A stretch of DNA of 64,000 nucleotides from Gammaproteobacteria bacterium. GTDB taxonomy: Bacteria; Pseudomonadota; Gammaproteobacteria; Steroidobacterales; PWYM01. Positions 10,867 to 22,638 of the stretch are shown piece by piece. Position numbers and translations under genes: made by a program. The number at the start of each line of letters is the position of its first letter. Positions within the stretch are counted from its first letter, which is position 1. Where the stretch lies: positions 175 to 64,174 of the forward strand of contig JAFIFN010000003.1 in assembly GCA_020832005.1 (NCBI GenBank), read 5' to 3'. The notes beneath the pieces are model-generated. The model did not search any database and was not told the DNA's origin. It was given only the letters and a program-made list of their open reading frames with translations.

Positions 10867-11424
10867 ATGATCGAGGACATCCGGAAAGACGCGGCCACGC
10901 GAATGAAGAAAAGCGTCGAGTCGCTACGTAACGACCTGCGCAAGGTGCGCACCGGCCGCGCACATCCCAGCCTGCTGGAAACGCTCAACGTCGAGTATTA
11001 CGGCGCCACCGTGCCGCTCAAGCAGGTGGCCAATATCATCGTCGAGGACTCGCGGACCCTGGGCGTGACGCCGTATGAGAAAAACATGGTCGCAGTCATC
11101 GAGAAGGCGATCATCAATTCCGATCTGGGACTCACCCCGAATTCCGCCGGCCTGGTCATCCGCATTCCCCTGCCGCCGCTGACCGAACAGCGCCGTCGCG
11201 ATCTGACCAAGATCGTCAGGGCGGAGGCCGAGGGCGCGCGCGTGGCGGTGCGCAATATCCGTCGTGATGCGATCAGTGATCTCAAGGATGCGCAGAAGGA
11301 AAAGCTCATCAGTGAGGATGACGATCATCGTGCACAGGACGAGATCCAGAAACTCACCGATCGTTTCATCGCCGAGATCGACGGGGTACTGGCGGAGAAG
11401 GAAACCGAGTTGATGGAGATCTAG
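10867..11424 (+). CDS. frr: Ribosome recycling factor
   Basis: [37 protein letters not shown]...; 185 aa from the Met at 10867. The track start at 10849 is also possible. Confidence 0.93.
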   Translation: MIEDIRKDAATRMKKSVESLRNDLRKVRTGRAHPSLLETLNVEYYGATVPLKQVANIIVEDSRTLGVTPYEKNMVAVIEKAIINSDLGLTPNSAGLVIRIPLPPLTEQRRRDLTKIVRAEAEGARVAVRNIRRDAISDLKDAQKEKLISEDDDHRAQDEIQKLTDRFIAEIDGVLAEKETELMEI

Positions 11425-11429
11425 CGAAG

Positions 11430-12170
11430 GTGCATGTCGCCATCATCATGGATGGCAACGGCCGCTGGGCACGTGCGCGCGGGCTGCCGCGCCACGCCGG
11501 GCACAAGGCCGGTGTGCGCCCCGTGCGCGCCTGTGTCGAACAGGCGGCCCGCCGCGGCGTGACGGTGCTGACGCTGTTTGCGTTCAGCAGCGAAAACTGG
11601 CGCCGGCCCCGTGAGGAAGTCTCGCGGCTGATGGCGCTGTTTCTCGAGGCGCTGGATCGCGAGATCGACGAGCTGCACGCCAACCAGGTCGAACTGCGCT
11701 TCATCGGTGAGCGCGAGCGCCTGCAGCCGGCCCTGCAGCGCAGGCTGCAGGCCGCCGAGATGCGTACGCGCGGCAACACCGGGTTGAAGCTGGTGGTCGC
11801 GGCGGCCTATGGCGGCCAGTGGGACATGCTGCAGGCGACCCGCGCCATCGCCGCGAAGGTCGAGCGCGGCGAGCTCGCCGTCAACCATATCGATGCCGAT
11901 TGCATCCAGTCCCATCGCGCGCTGGCGGGGTTGCCGGGCGTGGACCTGCTGATCCGCACCGGCGGGGAGCAGCGCATCAGCAATTTCCTGCTCTGGGACC
12001 TGGCCTACAGCGAGCTGTATTTCACGCCCAGGCTGTGGCCGGCCTTCACAGCCGAGGACCTCGACGCCGCGCTGGAAGAGTTCGCCGCGCGGCGCCGGCG
12101 CTTCGGGCGTACCGATGACCAGCTCCACGAGGCGCCTGTTCTGCGCACACCGACCGGAACGCCGGGCTGA
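11430..12170 (+). CDS. uppS: Undecaprenyl-diphosphate synthase
   Basis: GTG start. HVAIIMDGNGRWA and the FAFSSENWRRP motif. Confidence 0.9.
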   Translation: MHVAIIMDGNGRWARARGLPRHAGHKAGVRPVRACVEQAARRGVTVLTLFAFSSENWRRPREEVSRLMALFLEALDREIDELHANQVELRFIGERERLQPALQRRLQAAEMRTRGNTGLKLVVAAAYGGQWDMLQATRAIAAKVERGELAVNHIDADCIQSHRALAGLPGVDLLIRTGGEQRISNFLLWDLAYSELYFTPRLWPAFTAEDLDAALEEFAARRRRFGRTDDQLHEAPVLRTPTGTPG

Positions 12171-12171
12171 C

Positions 12172-12975
12172 GTGTTGCGCGCTCGCATCATTACGGCCAT
12201 CGTGCTGGTCGCGGGCCTGCTGGTGGTGCTGTTCGCGCTGCCGGCGCAGGCGGCGATGGTCGCCGTGGCGCTGGCGGTGCTGGCCTCGGCCTGGGAATGG
12301 AGTGCCTTTGCGGGGCTGTCGCGGCTTGCGCAGCGACTTGGCTATGTCGGCCTGATCGGCCTGACCGGCGCGCTTGCGCTGCTGACCACGGAACTGACCG
12401 TATCGCTTGCGCCCGTGTTGTGGCTGGCGCTGGGCTGGTGGGCCCTGGCGCTGTACTGGGTACTGCGATTCCCGCGCCCGATCTCGCCGCAGCTGGCCGC
12501 GCTGTGTGGCGCCGCCGTGCTGCTGCCGCTGTGGCTGGTGCTGGTCAATCTGCTCGCCCAGCCGCGCGACGGCGCCGTGCTGCTGCTGCTGCTGCTGGTG
12601 ATCGTGTGGGCGGCAGACATCGGCGCGTACTTCGGCGGCCGCCGCTTCGGCCGCATCAAGCTTGCGCCCAGCGTGAGTCCCGGCAAAACCTGGGAGGGTG
12701 TCATCGGCGGCATGATCGCCGGTGTGCTGGTGGCGGGGCTTGCGGCATGGCTGCTGGCGCTGCCGGTGGCCGGCCTGGTCATGCTCGCGCCTGCGCTGGT
12801 GCTGATCTCCGTGCTCGGCGATCTGAGCGTGTCGATGTTCAAGCGCAATGCCGGCCTCAAGGACAGCGGCCACCTGCTGCCCGGGCACGGCGGGCTTCTC
12901 GACCGCGTCGACAGCCTGTCGGCGGCAGCGCCCCTGTATCTGCTCGGGCTGGGCTGGCTGGGGGTGCTTGCATGA
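12172..12975 (+). CDS. cdsA: Phosphatidate cytidylyltransferase
   Basis: Multi-TM protein with the signature [32 protein letters not shown] at 12172 avoids overlap with uppS; the track start at 12115 is the alternative. Confidence 0.85.
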   Translation: MLRARIITAIVLVAGLLVVLFALPAQAAMVAVALAVLASAWEWSAFAGLSRLAQRLGYVGLIGLTGALALLTTELTVSLAPVLWLALGWWALALYWVLRFPRPISPQLAALCGAAVLLPLWLVLVNLLAQPRDGAVLLLLLLVIVWAADIGAYFGGRRFGRIKLAPSVSPGKTWEGVIGGMIAGVLVAGLAAWLLALPVAGLVMLAPALVLISVLGDLSVSMFKRNAGLKDSGHLLPGHGGLLDRVDSLSAAAPLYLLGLGWLGVLA

Positions 12976-14159
12976 GCCTGCCCGGGCTGGTCATCCTGGG
13001 TGCGACGGGCAGCGTGGGCGTCAGTACGCTCAACGTGCTGGCGGCCAATCCGGGACGCTTTCGTGTCACCGCGCTGACGGCGTACCGAAACCATGAGCGG
13101 CTTTTCTCGCAGTGCGAGGAACATCGGCCGGAATTTGCGGTCCTTGTGGATAGGGATGCGGCAAAACAGCTCAGTGGGCGTCTGGCCGATGCAGGCATCC
13201 CCACTCAGGTGCTGTCGGGCGAACGCGCGTTGGTCGAGGTGGTCGAACTGCCGCAGGTGGAGCGGGTCATGGCCGCCATCGTCGGTGCTGCCGGCCTGCT
13301 GCCGACACTGGCGGCGGCGCGTGCCGGCCGCCAGCTGCTGCTGGCGAACAAGGAGTCGCTGGTCATGGCCGGTCATCTGCTGATGCAGGCCGTGACCAAG
13401 GGGGGCGGGGAACTGGTTCCGATCGACAGTGAACACAACGCGATCTTCCAGTGTCTGCCCGGTGATGAAGACGCCCGAAAGGGTGTGCGCAGACTGATTC
13501 TGACCGCCTCGGGGGGTCCGTTTCTTGATACGCCGGTCGAAGCGCTGGCCGCGATGACGCCCGATGAGGCCTGCGCCCACCCGAAGTGGCGCATGGGACG
13601 CAAGATTTCCGTGGATTCGGCCACGATGATGAACAAGGGGTTGGAGATCATTGAAGCCTGCTGGCTGTTCGACATGCCGCCCGAGCGAGTGGATGTGATG
13701 GTGCATCCGCAGAGCATCGTGCACTCCATGGTCGAGTATGCGGATGGCTCGGTGCTCGCGCAGCTGGGCTGCCCGGATATGCGCACGCCCATTGCACATG
13801 CGCTGGGCTGGCCACAGCGCATCCACTCCGGCGCGCCCTGGCTGGACCTGGCGACGGCCGGTCCGCTGGAATTCCGCGCGGCCTGTGAGACCCGCTTCCC
13901 CTGTCTGCGCCTGGCGCGCGAGGCGGCGCGGACCGGGGGAACGCATCCGGCCGTGCTCAATGCAGCCAACGAGGCGGCCGTGGCGGCCTTCCTGGACGGC
14001 CGGACGGCGTTTACCGATATCGCCGCCGTGGTCGAACAGGTACTCGAGGCCACCCCTGCGCAGGAGGTTGAGTCCCTGGAGCACATTCTCGCCGTGGATG
14101 CCGCGGCCCGGCAGGCGGCGGCCGGGGTCATCGATGGCCTGTCCGGAGGCCGCGCGTGA
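12972..14159 (+). CDS. dxr: 1-deoxy-D-xylulose 5-phosphate reductoisomerase
   Basis: [23 protein letters not shown]... (NADPH-binding GxTGSxG). ~395 aa. ATGA overlap with cdsA. The track ORF from 12297 is an upstream extension in the same frame. Confidence 0.95.
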   Translation: MSLPGLVILGATGSVGVSTLNVLAANPGRFRVTALTAYRNHERLFSQCEEHRPEFAVLVDRDAAKQLSGRLADAGIPTQVLSGERALVEVVELPQVERVMAAIVGAAGLLPTLAAARAGRQLLLANKESLVMAGHLLMQAVTKGGGELVPIDSEHNAIFQCLPGDEDARKGVRRLILTASGGPFLDTPVEALAAMTPDEACAHPKWRMGRKISVDSATMMNKGLEIIEACWLFDMPPERVDVMVHPQSIVHSMVEYADGSVLAQLGCPDMRTPIAHALGWPQRIHSGAPWLDLATAGPLEFRAACETRFPCLRLAREAARTGGTHPAVLNAANEAAVAAFLDGRTAFTDIAAVVEQVLEATPAQEVESLEHILAVDAAARQAAAGVIDGLSGGRA

Positions 14160-15532
14160 GCTTTTTGATCTCCGTGTTCGCCTTCCTGCTGGCGATCGGC
14201 GTGCTCGTCGCGGTGCATGAGTACGGCCATTTCTGGGTGGCGCGCAAACTGGGCTTCAAGGTCGAGCGCTTCTCGATCGGTTTCGGTCGGCCCCTGCTGA
14301 AGTGGTATGGCCGGGATGCCGATCGCACGGAGTACTGGCTCTCCGCCGTGCCGCTTGGGGGCTATGTGAAAATGCTCGATGAGCGCGAAGGCCCCATCGC
14401 GCCCGAGGATCAGGGTCGCGCATTCACCCATCGGCCGGTGCCGGCGCGCATCGCCGTGCTGCTGGCCGGTGCCGGCGCGAACTTCGCCTTTGCCGTGGTG
14501 GCCTTCTGGCTGATGTTCATGATCGGCGTGCCGGGCGTCACCCCCGTGGTCGGCCCGGTGGCCGCCGAATCTCCGGCGCAGCGTGCAGGCCTGCGTGACA
14601 ACGAGCAGATTCTCGAAGTGGGCGGTGTGCGCACACCAACCTGGGAGTCGGCCGTGCTGGCCATGCTCGACGATATGCTCGGTGATGGCGTGATCCGGCT
14701 CACGGTGGCTGCCGATGCCCAGGCGCCCTCGCGCGTCGTGGAAATAGATGTGTCGGGCCGTGAGTCGCAACTCACCGAACCCGGTGCGCTGCTCACCGGC
14801 CTGGGCATAGCACCCTGGTCGCCCGATGTCCCCGCGGTGCTCGGTGATATCAGTCCAGGTGGCTCGGCCCAGCGCGCCGATTTGCGCGAGGGCGACGAGA
14901 TTATCGCGGCCGACGGACAATCGATCGGCAGCTGGAGCGATTGGGTAGAGTTCGTGCGTGCCCGCCCTGACAGCCGCGTCGAGGTCGAGTATTTGCGCGA
15001 CGAGCGGCCTGGCAGCGTGGTACTCGAGATCGACAGCGTCATCGAAGACGGTCAGGTCATAGGGCGCATCGGCGCCGGAGTCAACCTTGACCGCGCGCGC
15101 GGACTCGCGGAGCATCTGCGCGCCGAACAGAGATTCGGACCGGTGGCGGCGCTTGGCCAGGGGGCGGTGCGCACCTGGGACATGACGGGGCTGACGCTGC
15201 GCATGCTCGGGCGTATGGTCACTGGTGATGTGTCGGTGAAGAACATCAGTGGACCGATCAGTATCGGCCAGTACGCGGGATTCAGCCTCGTGCTCGGGGC
15301 CAGTGCATTTCTGAACTTCCTGGCGATTGTGAGTATCAGCCTCGGAATTCTCAATCTGCTGCCAATTCCGATGCTCGATGGCGGTCAGATCGTCTACCAG
15401 CTGGTGGAGTGGGTGAAGGGCAGCCCGCTGTCGGATCGTACGCTGCTGATATGCCAGCAGCTTGGACTTGGTGCGCTGCTCGTAATCATGAGTTTCGCTT
15501 TTTACAATGACATCATGAGACTGATGGGTTGA
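14156..15532 (+). CDS. rseP: RIP zinc metalloprotease RseP
   Basis: The HEYGHF (HExxH) motif lies in the first TM region. PDZ-like middle section, [11 protein letters not shown] motif, 458 aa. Confidence 0.9.
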   Translation: MSFLISVFAFLLAIGVLVAVHEYGHFWVARKLGFKVERFSIGFGRPLLKWYGRDADRTEYWLSAVPLGGYVKMLDEREGPIAPEDQGRAFTHRPVPARIAVLLAGAGANFAFAVVAFWLMFMIGVPGVTPVVGPVAAESPAQRAGLRDNEQILEVGGVRTPTWESAVLAMLDDMLGDGVIRLTVAADAQAPSRVVEIDVSGRESQLTEPGALLTGLGIAPWSPDVPAVLGDISPGGSAQRADLREGDEIIAADGQSIGSWSDWVEFVRARPDSRVEVEYLRDERPGSVVLEIDSVIEDGQVIGRIGAGVNLDRARGLAEHLRAEQRFGPVAALGQGAVRTWDMTGLTLRMLGRMVTGDVSVKNISGPISIGQYAGFSLVLGASAFLNFLAIVSISLGILNLLPIPMLDGGQIVYQLVEWVKGSPLSDRTLLICQQLGLGALLVIMSFAFYNDIMRLMG

Positions 15533-15540
15533 ATCGATTG

Positions 15541-17937
15541 ATGAGAGCTACCCGGCAGGCCGCCTGCGCATTGTTCTGCGCGCTCACGCTGGTCGTGGCG
15601 TCGCCGGCGGTGGCGCAGCGCGAAGAGTTCACCGTGCGCAACTTTCGCGTCGAGGGTCTGCAACGCATCGCCGAAGGTACGGTGTACAACTACCTGCCGA
15701 TCAATATCGGCGATACCGTCAACCCGCAGCGCGTGCGTGAAGCCATCCGCGCGATATTCGCCACCGGTTTTTTCCGCGACGTGGAGTTGCGTCGCGACGG
15801 CGATACCCTGGTCATTGCCGTGCAGGAGCGCCCGTCGATCCAGTCGTTCACGATCGATGGCAACAAGGACATCAAGACCGATGACCTGATGCGCTCGCTC
15901 TCGGGTGTGGGCATGCGCACGGGCCGGACCTTTGATCGCGCAATTCTCGAAGAGGTCACGCAGTTCCTGACCGAGCAGTACTTCAGTCGTGGCAAGTACG
16001 GTGTGATCGTCGATACCGAGGTCGAGGAGTTGCCCGACAACCAGGTGGCGATCGCCATCAATATCGTCGAGGGCCAGCGCGCACGCATCCGCCAGATCAA
16101 TATCGTCGGCAATGACACCTTCACCGACAAGGAACTGCGCAAGCAGTTCACGCTCTCGATGCCGCGCTGGGACTCCTGGTTCCGACAGAACGACCGCTAT
16201 GCGCGCGAAACCCTGCAGGGTGATCTTGAAACACTGCGCTCCTTTTACATGGACCGCGGCTACGCGGATTTCCAGATCGAGTCGACGCAGGTGGCCATCT
16301 CGCCCGACAAGAAGGACATGTTCATCACCATCAATATCAATGAGGGTGATCGCTACACCATCTCCGATGTGCGCCTCGCCGGCCAGCTGCCGGTGCCCGA
16401 GAGTGAGCTGATGTCACTGGTGCTGGTTCGCGAGGGGCAGACCTTCTCCCAGCGCCTGCTCAACCAGACCGCCGAGCTGATCAGCTTCAGGCTGGGGGCT
16501 GATGGCTACGCCTTCGCCGAGATCAATCCGGTACCCGAACTCGATCGCGAAAACCGGCAGGCCAGCGTCACCGTGTACATCGAGCCGCGCAATCGCGTCT
16601 ACGTGCGGCGTATCAATTTCGGCGGCACAGACCGCGTCAACGACGAGGTCTTCCGGCGCGAGATGCGCCAGATCGAGGGCAGCTATCTGTCCAACATCGA
16701 TGTTGAGCGCTCCAAGGTGCGCCTGCAGCGTCTTCCGTTCATCGATGAGGTGGATTCCGAAACCGTGCCGGTACCCGGTTCGCCTGACCAGGTGGACCTG
16801 GATTTCGATATCGAATACGGACTGCCGGGACAGTTCGGCGGTGGGCTTGGCTATTCAGCCAGCCAGCGGCTGATCCTGTCTGGCAATTTCGTGCACAGCA
16901 ACTTCCGCGGCACCGGCCAGCGCGTGGCCGCAGAGATCAACAGCGGCCGCTTCAGCGACATCTACAGTGTTTCGCATACCAACCCCTACACCAATATCGA
17001 TGGTGTGAGTCGTACCGTATCGGTGTCCTACCGCGATATCGTGCAGTTCACCTCCCAGGCATCGGATTTCTCCACCAAGACGCTGAGTTCGGCGCTCGAG
17101 TATGCCTACCCGATTACCGAGTACCAGTCGCTGCGGGTGGGGCTGGTCTGGCAGCGCGCCGAGCTGCTGTCGGATAACTTCAGTACCCTCCAGGCCCAGC
17201 AGTGGGTGCGCAATAACGGCAACCCCTTCGAGGCCCCGGTCAGTGAGCAGCTGACCTTGTTCGGCACCAAGTTCGACGCCTACGAGCTGATTGCCGGCTG
17301 GGGATACGACAGCCGCAACCGTGCGCTGTTTGCCGATCGCGGTGCCCGGCATCGCGTGAGCATGGGCATTACCGCGCCGGGCAGCGACGTCGAGTACTTT
17401 ACCGCCAACTACGAGGGTACCCAGTACGTCAGGCTGCACCGCTGGCTGAATATGCGCTTCAACCTGGATCTGGGCTATGCAGAGGCGCTGGGCAGCACGA
17501 CCTCTGTGCCGCCGTTCAAGAACTTCTTCGCCGGCGGGCCCGGCACCGTGCGCGGCTACCGCGAGAGCCGGCTCGGCCCGGTCGACAGCTTTGGCAATCC
17601 CTATGGCGGCAACATGCTGGTTGCAGGCCAGGCCGAAGTGATTCTGCCGATGCCTGATACCTGGCGGAACCGGGCACGCTTCGTGCTGTTCTATGACATG
17701 GGCAATGTGTTCTCCACCGAGGGGGTGGAATTCCGCGACCCTTCGGGCAACCCTATCGAATACCGCTACGATTATGCTAAGTTGAAGCACTCTGTGGGTA
17801 TCGGTGCCGAGTGGCTTGCGCCACTGGGTATCTTCCGGTTCAGTTATTCCATTCCGTTGAACGCCTTTGAGGGCGATTCCCGCCTGTTTCAGGATCAGAC
17901 CGAGCGCTTTCAGTTCACGATTGGCTCGGCGTTTTGA
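15541..17937 (+). CDS. bamA: Outer membrane protein assembly factor BamA
   Basis: Signal peptide, POTRA-type repeats, and a C-terminal barrel ending ...FQFTIGSAF. Conserved rseP-bamA-skp-lpxD order. An alternative TTG start is at 15529. Confidence 0.92.
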   Translation: MRATRQAACALFCALTLVVASPAVAQREEFTVRNFRVEGLQRIAEGTVYNYLPINIGDTVNPQRVREAIRAIFATGFFRDVELRRDGDTLVIAVQERPSIQSFTIDGNKDIKTDDLMRSLSGVGMRTGRTFDRAILEEVTQFLTEQYFSRGKYGVIVDTEVEELPDNQVAIAINIVEGQRARIRQINIVGNDTFTDKELRKQFTLSMPRWDSWFRQNDRYARETLQGDLETLRSFYMDRGYADFQIESTQVAISPDKKDMFITININEGDRYTISDVRLAGQLPVPESELMSLVLVREGQTFSQRLLNQTAELISFRLGADGYAFAEINPVPELDRENRQASVTVYIEPRNRVYVRRINFGGTDRVNDEVFRREMRQIEGSYLSNIDVERSKVRLQRLPFIDEVDSETVPVPGSPDQVDLDFDIEYGLPGQFGGGLGYSASQRLILSGNFVHSNFRGTGQRVAAEINSGRFSDIYSVSHTNPYTNIDGVSRTVSVSYRDIVQFTSQASDFSTKTLSSALEYAYPITEYQSLRVGLVWQRAELLSDNFSTLQAQQWVRNNGNPFEAPVSEQLTLFGTKFDAYELIAGWGYDSRNRALFADRGARHRVSMGITAPGSDVEYFTANYEGTQYVRLHRWLNMRFNLDLGYAEALGSTTSVPPFKNFFAGGPGTVRGYRESRLGPVDSFGNPYGGNMLVAGQAEVILPMPDTWRNRARFVLFYDMGNVFSTEGVEFRDPSGNPIEYRYDYAKLKHSVGIGAEWLAPLGIFRFSYSIPLNAFEGDSRLFQDQTERFQFTIGSAF

Positions 17938-17947
17938 GGTTGTGAAA

Positions 17948-18484
17948 ATGAAAAGCCTAAACAAGTTTAACTGTCTTGCCATGCTCGCGATGTTTGCTTT
18001 CGCAGCGGCGACGCCTGCGACGGCACTGGCCGAGCTCAAGGTGGGCGTGGTCAACATGGCCCAGCTGCTCGATCAGGCACCACAGGCGCGTGCGGTGATC
18101 GAAGCGCTGCAGGACGAGTTCGCACCGCGGCAGCGCGATGTGGTGTCGCGCACCAACGAGCTGCGCCAGCTCGAGGAACGCTTCGAGCGCGACGTCGCCG
18201 TACTGGGCGATGAAGAGCGGCGTAGCATGGAGCGGCAGTTGCGCGACGGTCAGCGTGAACTGCAGCGTCGCCAGAACGAGTTCGTCGAAGACCTCAACCT
18301 GCGGCGCAACGAAGAACTCGGCAAATTGCAGCGCTCGCTGATGGAAGAGATCCAGGCCTACGCGCGTCGTGCCAACTACGATCTGATCGTGGGCGAGGGT
18401 GTGCTCTACGCAAGTTCGGCGGTAGACATCACGCCCAACATACTTCAGGGATTGGAAGCGAACTTCCGCAGCAGTCGTCGCTGA
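17948..18484 (+). CDS. skp: Periplasmic chaperone Skp (OmpH)
   Basis: Signal peptide MKSLNKFNCLAMLAMFAFAAATPATALA, then a coiled-coil, Arg/Glu-rich ~150 aa. Located between bamA and lpxD. Confidence 0.8.
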   Translation: MKSLNKFNCLAMLAMFAFAAATPATALAELKVGVVNMAQLLDQAPQARAVIEALQDEFAPRQRDVVSRTNELRQLEERFERDVAVLGDEERRSMERQLRDGQRELQRRQNEFVEDLNLRRNEELGKLQRSLMEEIQAYARRANYDLIVGEGVLYASSAVDITPNILQGLEANFRSSRR

Positions 18485-18510
18485 TCGGCTGCGCAATCGC
18501 GGCACTGCAG

Positions 18511-19584
18511 ATGAGCGTACGCCCGGCCGACAGCCCGTTGCCACTGGGTGAGCTGGCTGTTCGGCTGGGCTGTGAACTCGACGGCGACCCGGATGCACTC
18601 ATTACCGGCGTGGCCACGCTCCAGGACGCAGGTCCCGGACAGCTGAGTTTCTTTGCCAACACCGCCTACCGCCGTGCCCTGTCAGGCACGGCAGCAAGTG
18701 CGGTGGTGGTGTCGCCCGAGCATGCCGCCGACTGCCCGGCCGCGCGTCTGATTCACCCCAACCCTTACGCCACCTATGCCCGCGCGGCAGCGTTACTGCA
18801 TCCGGCGCGGCAATACCCTGCCGGTGTGCATGCCACAGCGGTCATAGAGCCCGATGCACAGATCGATGCGTCTGCCAGCATCGGCCCCCAGGTGTTCATA
18901 GAGTCCGGCGTACGGGTGGGCGCGGGTGTGCGCATCGGCCCGGGCTGCGTGATCATGCGCGGCAGCCAGATCGGTGAGGACTGCACGCTGGTGGCGCGCG
19001 TGACCCTGTGTGCGGGTGTGAGACTTGGCGCGCGCTGTCTGCTGCATCCCGGTGTGGTGGTCGGTGCCGATGGTTTCGGCATTGCCCAGGATCGCGGCAG
19101 CTGGGTGAAGGTGCCGCAGGTGGGTGCCGTGGTCGTGGGTGACGATGTCGAGATCGGTGCCAATACCACCATCGATCGCGGTGCGTTGGGCAATACCGTG
19201 ATCGGTGATGGCGTGAAACTCGACAACCAGATCCAGATTGGCCACAACGTACAGATCGGTGCGCACACGGCCATTGCCGCGATGGTCGGCGTCGCCGGCA
19301 GCACGCGTATCGGCAGTCATTGCATGATCGCCGGCCAGGCCGGCATCGGCGGTCACCTCGAGATTGCTGATCGCGTGGTGCTGATGGGGCGGGCGATGGT
19401 GACCAACTCGATTCGTGAGCCGGGGATGTACGCCAGCGGCATCCCGGTCGAGGAAGTGGGGCAATGGCGTCGCGGTGTGGCACGCTATCGTAAACTGGGT
19501 CGCGTCAACGAGCGGCTGCGTGCACTCGAGCGTGCCGTGCAAGGCCTGTCTGGCGAAGCGCCAACTGGGGAATCCGATGACTGA
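18511..19584 (+). CDS. lpxD: UDP-3-O-acylglucosamine N-acyltransferase
   Basis: 357 aa with extended hexapeptide-repeat (LbH) region. In the conserved position. Confidence 0.9.
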   Translation: MSVRPADSPLPLGELAVRLGCELDGDPDALITGVATLQDAGPGQLSFFANTAYRRALSGTAASAVVVSPEHAADCPAARLIHPNPYATYARAAALLHPARQYPAGVHATAVIEPDAQIDASASIGPQVFIESGVRVGAGVRIGPGCVIMRGSQIGEDCTLVARVTLCAGVRLGARCLLHPGVVVGADGFGIAQDRGSWVKVPQVGAVVVGDDVEIGANTTIDRGALGNTVIGDGVKLDNQIQIGHNVQIGAHTAIAAMVGVAGSTRIGSHCMIAGQAGIGGHLEIADRVVLMGRAMVTNSIREPGMYASGIPVEEVGQWRRGVARYRKLGRVNERLRALERAVQGLSGEAPTGESDD

Positions 19585-20029
19585 AGCGTTGAAACTCGAT
19601 ATCGAGGAAATCCTGGCGCAGATGCCCCACCGCTATCCTTTCCTGCTGCTCGACCGCATCATCGAGTGCGTGCCGGGCAGCCACGTGGTGGGCCTGAAGA
19701 ACGTCACGATCAATGAACCTTTTTTCACGGGCCACTTTCCCGGCAACCCGGTGATGCCCGGCGTGCTGATCATCGAGGCGCTGGCGCAGGCTACGGGTAT
19801 TCTGGCCTATGCAACCGTCAACAAGACGGCGGCCGACGAGGTGTACTATCTCGCCTCGCTCGACAAGGTGCGCTTCAAGCGTCCGGTAGTGCCGGGGGAC
19901 CAGCTGATGCTGCACGGCAAACTTGAACGCTGCATGCGCAGTGTGTGGCGTTTCACCACCCATGCCGAGGTGGACGGCACGCTGGTGGCACGGGCAGAAC
20001 TCATGGCGGCGCGGGGACGGCAGGGATGA
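19577..20029 (+). CDS. fabZ: 3-hydroxyacyl-ACP dehydratase FabZ
   Basis: [13 protein letters not shown]...[19 protein letters not shown] are canonical FabZ motifs. ATGA overlap with lpxD. Confidence 0.95.
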   Translation: MTEALKLDIEEILAQMPHRYPFLLLDRIIECVPGSHVVGLKNVTINEPFFTGHFPGNPVMPGVLIIEALAQATGILAYATVNKTAADEVYYLASLDKVRFKRPVVPGDQLMLHGKLERCMRSVWRFTTHAEVDGTLVARAELMAARGRQG

Positions 20030-20796
20030 TTGATCAGCGCGCAGTGATTGCCGACGGTGCGCGGATCCATGAGTCGGTAGAGGTCGGTGCCTTCTCGATC
20101 ATCGGCGATGATGTCGAAATCGGCGCCGGCTGCGTGATCGGCCCGCACGTGGTCATCAAGGGACCCACGGTGATCGGCGAGAACAACCGCATCTTCCAGT
20201 TCGCCTCGCTGGGCGAGGCGCCTCAGGACAAGAAGTATGCCGGCGAGCCCACCCGCCTGGTCATCGGCAACAACAACACCATTCGCGAATACGTGACGCT
20301 CAATCGCGGCACCGTTCAGGACCGTGGCGAGACCACGATCGGCGACGACAACTGGATCATGGCCTATGTGCATGTCGCCCACGACTGTGTGGTGGGCAAT
20401 CACACGATCATGGCCAACGGCGTGACGCTCGCCGGCCATGTCACGGTCGGGGACTACGTGATCTTTGGCGGCTATGCGGGCGCGCACCAGTTCTGCAGCA
20501 TAGGGGCCCATGCGTTTCTGGGAATGCAGGTGGCTGCCGGTCGGGACGTGCCGGCCTATCTCATCGTCACGGGCAATCCGCCCGAGCCGCGCGGCATCAA
20601 CCAGGAGGGCCTGAAGCGACGCGGCTTCTCGGTTGAGCAGATCCGCAACATCCGCGAGGCCTATCGCCTGGTCTATCGCCAGCAGCTCAAGCTCGACGAG
20701 GCCATCGAGCGGCTTGATGCCCTGTTGCCGGAGCAGCCGGAGCTGGGCATCTTCATCGATTCCCTGCGCGCCAGCGAGCGCGGCATTCTGCGCTGA
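20026..20796 (+). CDS. lpxA: UDP-N-acetylglucosamine acyltransferase
   Basis: [18 protein letters not shown]..., hexapeptide repeats, 256 aa. ATGA overlap with fabZ. Confidence 0.95.
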   Translation: MIDQRAVIADGARIHESVEVGAFSIIGDDVEIGAGCVIGPHVVIKGPTVIGENNRIFQFASLGEAPQDKKYAGEPTRLVIGNNNTIREYVTLNRGTVQDRGETTIGDDNWIMAYVHVAHDCVVGNHTIMANGVTLAGHVTVGDYVIFGGYAGAHQFCSIGAHAFLGMQVAAGRDVPAYLIVTGNPPEPRGINQEGLKRRGFSVEQIRNIREAYRLVYRQQLKLDEAIERLDALLPEQPELGIFIDSLRASERGILR

Positions 20797-21995
20797 TGTC
20801 GGCTCAGCCCGCCGGCGCGGACCATGCCGCCGCGCTGAGGGTGGTGTTGGTGGCCGGCGAGGCCTCGGGCGATGCGCTGGGTGCGGGCCTGATCCGCGAG
20901 CTCAAGGCGCTGTATCCGGACATCCAGTGCGCAGGCATTGCCGGGCCGCTGATGCGCGAGGCCGGTTGCGAGGCCTGGTGGGATGCAGACGAACTGGCCG
21001 TCATGGGCCTGTTCGAGATCATCCGGGACCTGCCGCGCCTGCTCAAGCTGAGGCGTGCACTGATTACGCGGCTGCTGGCCGAGCGCCCTGCCGTGCTGAT
21101 CGGCATCGATGCGCCGGATTTCAATCTCGGTGTGGAGAACCGCGCGCGCGCGGCCGGCATCACCACGGTGCACTACGTCAGTCCGTCGGTGTGGGCCTGG
21201 CGCGAAGGGCGGATGAAGACTATCCGCCAGGCCGTCGACCTGATGCTCTGCCTGCTGCCCTTCGAGGCGGACTACTACCATCGCCAGCAGCTGCAGGCGC
21301 GCTTTGTCGGCCATCCGCTGGCCGACGAACTGGCCCATCCGCCCGACCAGGGCAGCGCGCGTGCAGCGCTGGGACTGGCGGGCGAGGGGCCGGTGCTGGC
21401 CGTGCTGCCCGGCAGCCGCGGCGGGGAGATACAGCGCATGGCGCAGCCCTATGCGCAGACCATCGCCTGGCTGGTGGCGCGGCTGCCGGCGCTGCAATGC
21501 ATTGTGCCGGTAGCGCGTGAAAAGCTGGCAGCACCCATTCGCGAGGCGCTGGCTGCTGCCGGCGTGCAGGATCATGTGCGGCTGGTCGACGGTCAGGCAC
21601 GCACGGCGCTGGCTGCCGCCGATGCCGCGCTCGTGACCTCGGGCACGGCGACGCTGGAGGCGGCCCTGCTGCGCACGCCCATGGTGGTGGCCTACCGGGC
21701 CGCGCCGGTGACGCTGGCGCTGGTGCGCGCACTCAAGCTGATCCGCGTGCGTCACTTCGCGCTGCCCAATCTGCTGACCCAGGCGCCCGTTGTGCCCGAG
21801 TTCCTGCAGGCCGAGGTCACCGCGCAGCACCTGGGTCCGTCCCTGCTGGCGTTGCTCGAGGATGCCGGTGCGCGCGCAACGCAGGTCGACGAGTTTGCTA
21901 AACTCCACGACATCCTGAGGCGCGACGCCAGTCGCTCTGCGGCACTTGCCGTCGCCTCCCTGCTGCCCCGAGACCCGACCACGCATGAACCCTGA
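20796..21995 (+). CDS. lpxB: Lipid-A-disaccharide synthase
   Basis: ...[22 protein letters not shown]... is a typical LpxB N-terminus. 399 aa. TGATG overlap with lpxA. Confidence 0.9.
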   Translation: MSAQPAGADHAAALRVVLVAGEASGDALGAGLIRELKALYPDIQCAGIAGPLMREAGCEAWWDADELAVMGLFEIIRDLPRLLKLRRALITRLLAERPAVLIGIDAPDFNLGVENRARAAGITTVHYVSPSVWAWREGRMKTIRQAVDLMLCLLPFEADYYHRQQLQARFVGHPLADELAHPPDQGSARAALGLAGEGPVLAVLPGSRGGEIQRMAQPYAQTIAWLVARLPALQCIVPVAREKLAAPIREALAAAGVQDHVRLVDGQARTALAAADAALVTSGTATLEAALLRTPMVVAYRAAPVTLALVRALKLIRVRHFALPNLLTQAPVVPEFLQAEVTAQHLGPSLLALLEDAGARATQVDEFAKLHDILRRDASRSAALAVASLLPRDPTTHEP

Positions 21996-22638
21996 TCGCC
22001 ATCTCGCGCCTGCCCCGGGCAAGCCTGCCCCGGCATTGGCGCGAGAATGGCCGGCCGGTGTCGATGAGGCCGGTCGCGGGCCGCTGGCCGGTCCGGTGGT
22101 CGCCGCCGCCGTGGTGCTCGATCCGGCACGCCCGATCCCCGGTCTGGACGATTCCAAGCGCCTGAGTGCTGCGCGACGGATCGAGCTGGCCACGCAGATC
22201 CGATCGCATGCCGCCGCCTGGGCCGTGGCCTGGGCCGAACCCGGGGAGATCGACCGCCTGAACATCCTGCAGGCGACGATGCTGGCCATGCGCCGGGCCA
22301 TTCTCGGCCTGACCTGCCTGCCTGCGCGGGTGCTCGTTGATGGCAATCGCTGCCCGCAGGCCGACGGCCTGGACTGCGAATTCATCGCCATCGTCGGCGG
22401 CGATGCACTGGAGCCTGCCATCAGTGCCGCCTCAATTCTGGCGAAAGTGCACCGTGACGAGTGCATGGTCGAGCTGGATGGGCGCTACCCCGGGTACGGT
22501 TTTGCCATCCACAAGGGCTATCCGACGGCTGCACACCGCGAGGCACTGCTGAGCCTGGGACCCTGCGAGATCCACCGGCGCAGTTTCGCACCCGTGCGCG
22601 CGGCCATGCGCAGCGCGACGCTGAGTCTGGCGCCATGA
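21985..22638 (+). CDS. rnhB: Ribonuclease HII
   Basis: [22 protein letters not shown] (catalytic DEAGRG motif). Start chosen at the ATG at 21985; the track start is a TTG at 21946. Confidence 0.9.
   Translation: MNPDRHLAPAPGKPAPALAREWPAGVDEAGRGPLAGPVVAAAVVLDPARPIPGLDDSKRLSAARRIELATQIRSHAAAWAVAWAEPGEIDRLNILQATMLAMRRAILGLTCLPARVLVDGNRCPQADGLDCEFIAIVGGDALEPAISAASILAKVHRDECMVELDGRYPGYGFAIHKGYPTAAHREALLSLGPCEIHRRSFAPVRAAMRSATLSLAP

Noticed and set aside
12580-12597. (CTG)6 trinucleotide run
   Set aside because: It lies in frame within cdsA and encodes a Leu6 stretch of a TM helix. This is ordinary for a GC-rich membrane-protein gene and is not evidence of a contingency locus.
12342-15115. Two 580-aa minus-strand ORFs (12342-14084 and 13373-15115)
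   Set aside because: They are antisense to cdsA/dxr/rseP, which have clear catalytic motifs on the plus strand. The same reasoning applies to 16855-18057, 20673-22466, 25921-27183, 31140-33032, 32635-34047 and 34085-35017.
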